From assembly GCA_023213395.1 (NCBI GenBank), contig CM041465.1:161145741-161209740 (forward strand): a DNA stretch of 64,000 nt, written 5' to 3'. The stretch comes from Cycas panzhihuaensis. Lineage: Eukaryota; Plantae; Cycadophyta. The notes beneath the pieces are model-generated. The model was given only the letters and a program-made list of their open reading frames with translations, made no database searches and was not told the origin of the DNA. Made by a program: the position numbers and the translations under genes. Below, piece after piece: positions 24,413-35,100 of the stretch. The number at the start of each line of letters is the position of its first letter. Position 1 is the first letter of the stretch.

Positions 24413-26210
24413 TTGGATAATAATTATTTAGGTTGATAATAGCATATGGCAGGCTCGTTGGCATAGGACTTTGTGAAGCCAACCTAGCCATGTAATAGGT
24501 TTTTTTAATGGTATTTTTAAACACCAATCATTGATAGACATTAGGCTCCTACTTAGCTCCTACTTATTTATACAAGGGGTCATAAGACCCCGTGGTACTT
24601 TGACACTGCCATTATGCTAGAATTTTATTTAATATTATCTTTCGTTGTAATATTTCACTCCCTTTAACTATCATTTATCTATCATTTAGTATCAAACTAT
24701 ATTACAATGCATGTAGTGATAAATATTTGATTTATATTACATATATATCTTTCTTTGGTATTAATTTTTTAAGAAATAAGTGAGAAATAAAGGCTCAATT
24801 ACTCATAATGGCACTCTGTTCTCATATTTTTTTCATATTTTTCTTAATATTTGATAGTACTTAAATAATCTAACCCTAATTCTAGTATTTATGAGTTTGT
24901 ATTAGTGTATATTTATTGAGTTTTAGGCCTATTTTAGACCACATAATTCACAGTTCTATTTTTAGTTGATAATCTTCCATTTTTTCCCCTTTTTCAACCC
25001 TAGTTTATTTGCAGTAGCCATATCTCACATCCAAATGAAGTTTTATCAATTGCAGTAGTCTTCTAGTGGTGCCAAGACCCTATTATAAGCATTTAATAAA
25101 GTTTCTTGAGTTTGTTTGCCCATTTGCAACCCCAGGAATCCATTTGATCTCCACAAGCTTTGGCAACTTTGTTCAATGTTGTTTCTATTTGTTGGAGCTT
25201 TGAATCTCATCGAGAGAGGGTGCCATAGGTTGCAGATGAAATTCCTAGAAAGCACAATTAATATCTAAAGAAAAGTGAACTTCATTCCATCTCATAGGCT
25301 ACATAAAGTCACATAAATTTTGTGCGACAGCTGTGGAAATTAACAACAACTTTACCATTTAATTTTTTACCTTTATTAACATTACTTTTGATGAAGTTTA
25401 ATGAAATTAAGTTGAATTTGATATTTGGTTAAAGGCTAGTCTATTATCCATCTATTCTAGTTATATTATGGTCCCATATGATGTCACTTTTAGCATAAAG
25501 GGGTGGAACTCAAATTTTATATATTATTTTTTATTATGTTTGCATTTGAAAAAAGATTGGGCAATATTTGATTATGATTCAAAGTTCACAACCCCTTAGT
25601 CATCACAGTGGGTGGTCACATACGTAAGATCTATGATCATGGGCCAAGATTCAAGGAGACTTATCCCCAATCATCATTTTTTTTAAGCCTACAAGAGTAC
25701 CTATCATTGTTTCTTGCATAACTTCTCAACAGAGTTAGAATCAGGTGTCATCTAAACCATTAGAAAGCTACCTCAGAGGGTTATAGTTTAGAGTCAATTT
25801 AAGATTAATTTGAGTTTATTTTATAGGAGTTCTAGATTACTAAATTTGAACTATTTATTTAAGTTTTTTTTAGTCTTTCCTTATCATTTAAAGGCCTAAT
25901 TTTAGTTTCTTTCAAGATTTCTTGATGTTGCATTCTGTTGTTAATTATTTATTATCTATCCTAATCTATTTTTTGGACTTATAAGTGCTCATGGTTGATT
26001 TTTTCTATAGGTGTACTCCTTGAAGGTTGAGGTGATACTTCTTGGATTAAGTCTTCTAAAAGAGCTTTCTAAGCCTTCCTTTTCATTCCATTTTTTTTTA
26101 TTTTTCTTTTAAATTTTAGCTTTCTTTCATTAAAAAAAATAATCCTTGTAATCAAGATCACTTAAAAATCACCTTTTACTTAGAACATTAATCAAGATAA
26201 TCCCTAACTT
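24411..26210 (+). mobile_element. Copia-family fragment: 5' LTR (24411-24684), decayed PBS (24687-24698) and 5' leader
   Basis: LTR starts TGTTGGATAAT and matches 26221-26536 inverted; leader 25350-26200 matches 30500-31320 inverted. Confidence 0.75.
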
Positions 26211-28739
26211 ACAACATTTATAATGGATAAATATAAGTCAGAGGGAGCAAAATATTATAGCAAAGAAAAATATCAAACAAAATTCAGGCATTATGGTAGT
26301 GTTGAAGAACACTAGGATCTTATAATCCCTTATATAAATTGGAAAGAGTTGGGTAGGAGCCCAACGCCTACTAGCAATTGGTTTTTAAAAATACCATTAA
26401 TAAAACCTATCAAATGGAATTATTTTGGCTAAGTTAGCTTCATAAAGTCCCATGTCAACATATATCATTATATGTCATTATGTGTCATTATATGTCGTTA
26501 TATGTTATTATCAATCCAAATGGGCATTATCCAATATTTATCCCCCATAATGTTCATTTGGGGAGACACTAAGTATGCATTTAAATTTATTGAATTTAAT
26601 ACTTCTAAGTGCCTTAGTAAAAATATATACCACCTACTCTTCTATGTTGTAATAGGTTAACTCAATCTTACCCACCTGAACAAATTCTTTGATGAAATGA
26701 TATTGAGTTTCAATGTGTTTTATTTTACTGTGAAATATTGGAGTTTGTCTTGCCTTATATTTCTCTATTGTTTTATCTTATCTAAATTTGGTCTTATAAA
26801 CCCACCTTGTTCTAGTTTCATTCTTGTTTGGTGGCAAATTAACTAATTCCTAAGTATCATTTTTAACTAAGGCATTATACTCTTCTTTCATGGCATCTTT
26901 TCATTCATCTTTTGTGTAAGCTTCTTTAAAGTTACAAGACTCATTTGATTCTATTACTTGGCTCATCAAGACAAAGTTAATTCTATGAGAATGAGTGGAC
27001 CTTCTCTCAAAGTTGTTGTCTAGAATATTTGAAGGATCATGACCTCTTTGAATCCATTTTAGAAACCTTTGATTGAATGTAGAGGGTTCTTCTTCATTTG
27101 GACTTGCCTCATTTAGACTTGGTATATTTGTGGATTTATGATTTGAATCTATTTCCACCATGATATTCTTTATTTTATCCTTTTCAACTTCTTCTTGATA
27201 GCATTCATCTTCCTTGAAGATGATATCCATGCTTATAATTATTTTCTTTTCTTTTGGATCATATAATTATAGGATCCAAAAATATCATAATATCCTATAA
27301 AGATGCACTTGGTGCTTTTATCATATAACTTAGTTCTCTTTTGTTTTAGAACATCAGAAAATACTAAGTATCCAAAAATCTTTAAGTATTATACACTTGG
27401 CTTGTGGCTTAACCAATCTTCCTCTAGTGTGACCCACCTAACAGCCTTGGTGGTACACCTATTCAATAAGTAAACTGTTGTATGTACTACTTCTACTCAA
27501 AATTTGTATCAAACTTGCCTATCTTTAAGCATACTTCTATCCATTTTAATAATGGTTCTATTTTTTCTTTATTTAACTCTATTTTATTGTGAAGTATAAG
27601 GGTTGGTGAGTTGTTTCCTTATGCCATGGTAATTACAATATGCCTTAAATTCATTTGAAATAAATTCTCTCTCATTATCTAATCTAAGAGTAAGAATTCT
27701 AAGGCCACTTTATTTTTCAACCGAGGTTTTGAAGTTAACAAAATATTGAAAGGTATTTAATTTAAATTTGAGGAAATATACCCAAGTATTTCTAGTAAAA
27801 TCATTAATGAAAGTCATGAAGTACCTTGCATTACCTAATTAAGATACATCTATGGGTCCATATAGGTTTGTATAGATTAATTGAGGAGGTTCTTGAGCTC
27901 TTTATCTATTATTTGGAAAACTTTCTCTCCATTGTTTCCCAAGTATGTATGCTTCAAAAGTTTCTTTACATGCTTCTATAGTGGGTAATCCATCAATTAT
28001 TTCTATCCTTTTCATTAATGCTAAGATGTTATAGTTTATATGGTCAAATCTCATATTCCATGTTTTACTATCAACTTTGGTTGAGGCTTTTAAAGGATAA
28101 GTGTCTAATGGAGGAATGACTAGCTTGAATAATCTAGCACTAGTTATTTATCCCTTTACTACAACTACTTTATTCTTAAGTATATCTTTGATGGTACATT
28201 TACTATTATCAAAGATGACTTTAAAGTGTTACTCCATTTGCTAACCCATTGAGAGTAGGTTTTTCTTTAGAGTTGGTACATGTAACAGATCATTGATATA
28301 TTTTAATTCTCCAAATTTAGTAGTTATCGATACATTACCCTTTCTAAAGGATGCATGGGTAGCATTATCCCAAATATAATCTTTTCTTTCTTGGACCTAT
28401 CAATTTTTTTAAATATTTCTTCTTTATGGGTCATGTGAGTTAAACATCTTGAGTTAATATACTACTATCTTCTTCTTCACAAGTCACAAAACTTGAAAGA
28501 AAGAAAATATTAATGTCTCTATCTTTAATTATTGTGTTGGTATTCCCCCTTTATATATTAATATTTTTGGTAAAATAATATTCATCTAGGTGTCCTATTT
28601 TATAGTAAAAGGAACATTTGATAGTTTCTCTTCCTCCTTGGCTTTAACTACTACCTCTAGAGGTTCCTCTCCTTTTAGAAGTTACTCTATCTCTTTCAAA
28701 GTATTGGCCTTAACCTTAGCCTTAGAAATTCATTTGTTA

Positions 28740-28975
28740 TTATCCTTGATAGTACTAGCTTGATCCTTGATAACTTCCTTGACCTTGAAAGTTGCTTTAT
28801 CCTTCATAGCATTGATTTGGTACTTGAAATCTTCCTTGACTTTAGAATTTGCTTTGTCCTTGATACCTTTGGTTTAGTCCTCAATAACTTCCTTGATCTT
28901 GGAAGTTGTTTTATCCTTAATAGATTTGATTTGGTCCTTGAAATCTTTCTTGACCTTGATTTCTTCCTCTTCTTC
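28740..28975 (-). repeat. 57-nt (19-aa) coding tandem repeat inside copia gag, about 3.6 copies
   Basis: Restored translation FQGPNQIYQGQNNFQDQGS / YRGLNQRYQGQSKFQSQGR / FQVPNQCYEGQSNFQGQGS. Confidence 0.8.
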
Positions 28976-30182
28976 TAGGGAATTGCTCTGGTATTTCACC
29001 TATTTATCTTATTCTAACCTTGGTGGCAAATGGATGCTTAAGTGACTCATTATCCTCTTTCTTTTCATCAATAGCTAGGAGCATAGCACTTAGCTAGTCA
29101 ATTCGAAGAGTACTAAGCTCTTTAGATACCTTAATGCTAGTTGCCACCATTTAAAATCTCTTAATTTCTCCAATATATCTCAAAATCCTTTCTACAATTA
29201 TTTGGTTACTTAACACTTCACGTAAGGATCTCATTTGATTCACTAAGTCTTACACCTTGGTGATGAATTTATTTACTCCTTCTCTAGGTGACATCCTTAG
29301 ATTTTCAAATTTTCTTCTAAGTGTTTGTAGCTTAGAGGGTGCTGCTACTTCATAAATTATCTTGAAGGTATCCCAAGCTTCCTTGGATGTATTAACTTCA
29401 CTTACTCTAGAGAAAATGTGATCCTCTAGAGCACAAAATATGAGAACTGATGCCTTATTATCCCTTTTAGAATTCTCCTTATAAACATTCTTTTCATCAT
29501 TAGTAGCAGTATTGTCAATTTCTTTATATCCTTTATTAACAAACTCCTATATATCTTTTGCAATAAATATATGCCTCATTTACCTACTCTAGTTAAGAAA
29601 ATTTAAACCATTAAACCTAGGTACAACTATGTTTCTAAGATTTATTACCATTATGAAAATAAATTGCCTTAAAAAGGTAACTTGAAAATATAAATATACT
29701 TATGTCTTATCTATCTAAGGGGTTACTATTTTAAAATTCTAAGTTTTAGGATCTTTAAAGAAAACTCTCAATTATTATTATGTTTAGTTGTGCCTACCTA
29801 TAAGTGGTAAACTAGGGACCCTATATACCAGTATGTGAGCATAAGGCTCTATATACCTTAGTATGTCAGCTACTAAGAAGGTCTAAGACTCCCTTGATTT
29901 ATAGATCCATATGTATCAAATGTACGCCTATGAATAGATGTAGTGGTGAGAACTTAAACAATTAAGGCATTCACCCTCTATGGGTCTAGCCTATTCTCTA
30001 ATCTTCAAAAGAGAGTTTGCTACCTTAGCCTACCACCTAATACACCTTATAGACAATGGTTTTCTTAGCAAATTAGAAAAAGACCAAGGGCATATATGGG
30101 GTGGTAACTTTAGGGTTCCTAACCATTCCCGTTATAAGGCTTATATAGATGTTGTAAATTAGGGAATTATCTTAGTTAATAT

Positions 30183-30492
30183 TATGACTTGCCATTATAC
30201 CAAAAGCCTACAGGTGATTTAGGAAGAGGACTCCTTAGTAAGTGAACCAACCATAATCCAACACTCCACTGTGACGAGGAGGTCACCATAACATGTATCG
30301 GCTGTATTATAATTCCATTGACTGGGGGTACATAGGGACCCCTACATGGAAAGGGGCTTTATCTAATATATGCATAGGGTTTGAACCTTAAACCTACTCT
30401 TTAAAACCACTTGTGACTGGCCATTACACCAAAAGCCTATGGGTGATTTAGCATGAGGACTTCTCGACAAGTGAATTAGCCATAGTCTAATA
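30183..30492 (-). mobile_element. TRIM (terminal-repeat retrotransposon in miniature), complete, with 5-bp TSD AATAT
   Basis: 81-bp direct repeats 30183-30263 and 30412-30492; AATAT at 30178-30182 and 30493-30497; decayed PBS and TRIM-like GGGTTTGAACC motif; absent from the homologous leaders elsewhere in the window. Confidence 0.9.
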
Positions 30493-31329
30493 AATATTTC
30501 AAATTAAGATAATTTTAAGTGATCTTAATTATATGAAATGTCCCTTTTAATGAATGAAAGTTGAAAATTAAAAGTAAATAAAAGGAACTAAAATGAAAAA
30601 AAGATTTAGAAAGCTCTTTTTTGAAAACTTGATCCAAGAAGAATTGTTTTAACCTTTACAGAGTACTCCTATAAAAAAATCAATCACAAGCACTTATAAG
30701 TCCAAATAATAGGTTAGGATAGCTAATAAATAGTCAACACTATAGTGTAGCATTAATAAATCCTAAAAGAAATTGAAATTAGGCCTTCAAGTAATAAGAA
30801 AATGGTAAAAAAAGGTCAAGTAAGTAGTCTAAATTTAGTAGCCTATAACTCCTACAAAATAAATCTAAATTAAACTCAAACTAACTCCAGACTATAGCCC
30901 TCTGAGTCATATTTCTAATAGTTTAAATGGTTCAAAAAATAGATCCCTATTTGAGGAGTTATTACGAAAATAGTGATAAGTACTCTTGTAGGCTAACAAA
31001 TTATGAGGATTGGACTTAAGCCATTTTGAATCTTAGCCCCCAGTCATTAAACTAGTACATATGACTATATAATAACACAATTGAGGGCCTTCAAAGTTTA
31101 AAAAATATCCAATATGAGATATAATTTTTACAAATGCAAAATTTATAAAAAATAATCTAATTGATTTGGAGTCTACCCTTTTTTAATGAAAAATATAGTT
31201 ATATGAGACCAAAATATGATTAAATCTAAGGTCTTAAAAGGTAGAATTGAAGCTAATATTAAATCTAATTTGATTTCACTTAACTATAGGGTAAATAAAG
31301 TGAAATTTATCAAAGGAATAAATTTTAGA

Positions 31330-32160
31330 TTGTTATAGAGTCACATGGACCCATATAGCCAACGAGCAACCTGCATGAAGGAACATAGCCCATATCTCCT
31401 TAGTACTTCATTATTTTTGCTCTAGATTGAATCCAAGGGGGATGCAAAGGCCATATTTATAGTTTTAGAAATGATTTAATGCAAAATGAAGCCAAAATAA
31501 GTGAGAACAATCTATTGAAGTCTTAGAGGAACTACATGTAAATTTAAGTAAATTTTCACTATAAACTTAGTTCTAAAGCATGGAACAACTGCATATGAGT
31601 TGTAGAACCCTATTAGATTTGCCAAAACTTTGCTCAGTAGTTTAATATAGCTTGCATGAATAAAATGGTTTCTTAGTATGAATGCAAACCCTGGGCAACT
31701 CCCACCTATTTATACAAAGGGTTGTAAGACCCTAGTGTTCTTCAACACTACCATAATGCTAAAATTTTATTTGATATTCTTCTTCGTTATAATATTTTGC
31801 TCCCTCTAACTCTCATTGATCTATCATTTAGTATTAGAGCATCACAAGGCATGTTACAAATAATTATTTAATTTACAAGTATTAAAGAGCACCTTATAAC
31901 TGAATATATTGTACATATCTTTGATACATTCATATTTATATGCTTTATTCATATTTAATATAGTTCTACTTGACATTATTTTTTAGATTTATGTGGAAAT
32001 GATGGCCCATTTACCCAAAATGACACCTGTTCTTATATCTTTTCAGATTTTTTCTTAATATTAGATCATATTCATGGAATCTAAACCTATTAATGCTATC
32101 TTTTAGCTTGTATCGGTGTGTTTTGGTAGTGCACTAGGCTTGTTGCAGTTCATACCAAGA
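31330..32160 (+). mobile_element. Third copy of the copia LTR family: LTR ending 31826, PBS 31829-31840, start of leader
   Basis: 31700-31860 is a direct repeat of 24560-24715; PBS TAGTATTAGAGC; left boundary approximate. Confidence 0.7.
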
Positions 32161-32169
32161 CTGCATTTT

Positions 32170-35100
32170 ATTCATACAAGTATGTAAGGCAATATTTATA
32201 GCCATCTACTAAGATTACAATGCAATGGGATAGGCTGACTTAATGGTATAAGAGATAGACCTGACCTCACTATCTAATGTGATTAAATTATATCAAGGGT
32301 CCATTAATATATTATAAATATTAATTTACATAAATGAGAAGAAATTGAGAAGATATTACATTGTTTTAACACCCTCCCTTAATAATAACTTTATTTCTTT
32401 GAATGTTGAGGTCAAATCTAAACCATTTAAATTTTAATTTATCAATTGCTTTAGTGAAGATATCTATAACCTAGTCTTTAGTAGGACGATAGATGAGATC
32501 AACTTCTTTGTTCTAGACATGCTCACAGATGAAGTGATGGTGGAACTTAATGTACTTGGTTCTAACATGGAATATAGGATTCTTCATCATTTTCAACACA
32601 CTTTGATTGTCACAATATAAGATGGTTGGTGAATTTTGCTAAAGTCTAAGCTCAATGAGAATCCTTATGAGCTAAATTAACTTTGTAGTAACATGGATGG
32701 CTACTTTATATTCTACATCAATGGAGGAAAATGTAATATTAGGCTGCTTCTTACAACTCCATGCTATTACAACTGAGTTCATATCAAAACAATATCCTAA
32801 TATTGAGTGGTATATATCTTAGCAACCAGCCCAATCAACATCTATATGTCCCTTTAGAGTAGGTGATTTTATCTTGTTATACTCAAGGCCAAACTAATGA
32901 GTGCCATAGATATACTTGAGGATCATAGTGCTTACTTTCCAATTAGATGCTTTGGGTTGTGACATATACCTAGAGTAAATCCCTATTGCATATGAGATAT
33001 CTAGGCAAGTGTGAGTGAGATAGATGAGACTTACAACTAACTATTGGTATAAAGTGAGATCAAAAGGTTTTCCTTATTCATCTAGGTTTAACTTAGTTCT
33101 TGTCTCCATGGGAATTGGTGTAGGCTTGAATTCTATAATCTTCAATCTTTCTAAGAGTCTATTGGCATACTTAGTTTGAGTCAGGAGGATGTGTCCTAGT
33201 TCTTGCCAAAATTCAATTCTAAGGAAGTAGTGGAGTAGGCTAAGGTCAATCATCTTAAAATTTCTCTTTAACTCTGATTGGAGCCAAGAAATTCCATATG
33301 TATCATTGCTAGTGATAGCAAAGTCATCTACATAAAGTACAATGATTGTGATCAAATTGTCTCTAACATAAATATAGAGACCAGGGTCAAAGGGTGAATG
33401 ATTAAATCCATGTTGAGTGAGAAATACATCTATCTTTGTATACTAGGTACATGGTGCCTACTTGAGTCTATAAAAGACTTTCTTGAGTCTACAAACTAAG
33501 TGTTCTTGTCTTGGAATAATATAGCCTGGGGGTTGTTTCAAGCAAACCTCTTCTATAAGCTCTCTATTAAGGAAAGTACTCTTCACATCTATTTAGTAAA
33601 TATGCCATCTAAATTAGGCTGTGAGGGACATAACCAAACACAATATGGTCATGTTGGCTACTAGTGCAAAGGTCTCATCATAGTCAATTCCTTCCTGCTA
33701 TTTAAAACCTCTTACAATTTATGACACTCCATAGTGCCATCTGTATGGAACTTTATCATGTATAGCAATCTACAGTTAATTTCTTTCTTCTTAAGTGGCA
33801 ATTCAATAAGCTCCTAAGTGTGATTTTTTAAGATTGAATTCATCTCTTCATCTTATAGTTTACTTTCCATGTTTGGTCTTTGACTGCCTCCTTAAATATG
33901 GAAGGCTCAAGAGTTTCAAGGACACATGTTATGAGGGTAAAGCTTACAAAGTGTCTCATCTGGGAAGGCCTCTTTATAGCTATGGGATGAGGAGGAACAT
34001 CATTTAAAAGATGTTATACTTGCTTAGGAGGTGGCTAAAAGATGGTGGATTCCACTTGAAGGTTATCAATTGTAATAGGAGGCAAATTTATTCTTACTTG
34101 AGTGGATGATAAAGAAGCTATTAGAACTAATGATAGACCAAGAGTGTAGGAGTAAGTTGGTATAGGTGGTAAGGGTCACTTATGTGACACCAATTTCATC
34201 TTCTACTATAATCTAATGTGGAGGAGGTGTTAATTCCTATGGTTCTTCAATAAAGATTACATCCTGTGTCATATAACCTTGGTTATCAACTGTGCCAAAG
34301 ATGTTATAGGCTTTGTAACCAAGTATATAGCTAAGTAAGATGCAATTAAAGATCTTATCATCAAGCTTCTTTCTGTTATCCTTTGGAATATGTTTTTATA
34401 CTGTGCATCTAAAGACCCTCAAGTGATCTATAGATGTTTTTTGACCTGACCAAGCTTCTTCAAGAGTAATGTTCTTAACCATAACTATAGGACTTAGGTT
34501 GGTTAGGGAAGCAATGGTGGAAATGGCATCAACCCAAAATATGGTGACAACATTGGCCACACTAAGCATGGATTTCCCTTTGTTGATCAAAGTTCGATTC
34601 ATCCTTTTGGCTACACCATTCTGCTAAGGTGTGTGAGATGTATAAAATTGACACTAGATGCCATGTTCTTTATAAAAGTTATTGAACTAATTTGAAATGT
34701 ACTTGCCACCATTATTAGACCTAAGGGTCTTGATTTTCATTCTACTTTTATTTTCAACAGTAGCTTTGAGCTCTTTGAATCTATCTAGGTCTTGATATTT
34801 GTTTCTCAAGAAGTAGACTCATACTTTCCTTAAGAAGTCATCTATGAAGGTAATGAAATACTAGCTACTATTGAGAGATTAGATAGATATAGGGCCAAAA
34901 ATATCAAAATAGACTAACTCTAATAGTTGTGAAGCTCTCCATGCATTCTTGGAAGGGAATTTTTCTCTTTATTGCTTTCCCTTTTGACAAGCCTCACATA
35001 TGTTCTAGTATCTCTTGATTTTCAGTAGGTCATATACCATTTTAAGCCTAGACATGAGGTTTAAGCTTTGCATATTCAAATGACATAGGTGTTGATGTCA

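Larger units (their letters stand above)
26221..31320 (-). mobile_element. Ty1/copia element 1 (RT-deleted): 3' LTR 26221-26536, PPT 26537-26546, gag-pol about 26560-29650, 5' leader; 5' LTR not found
   Basis: gag VPRFNGLNF, knuckle CSFYYKIGHLDEY, integrase YFMTFINDFTRNTWVYFLK, RT start DAMKEEYNALVKNDT, RNase H end KHIETQYHFIKE...YIFTKAL. Confidence 0.9.

Noticed and set aside
24291-24527. His/Thr-rich ORF
   Set aside because: Translation of the (GT)n microsatellite
28760-28978. Plus-strand Leu-rich repeat ORF
   Set aside because: Antisense reading of the 57-nt gag repeat
30370-30410. tRNA/SINE B-box-like GGGTTTGAACC
   Set aside because: No cloverleaf; it is the internal motif next to the TRIM PBS
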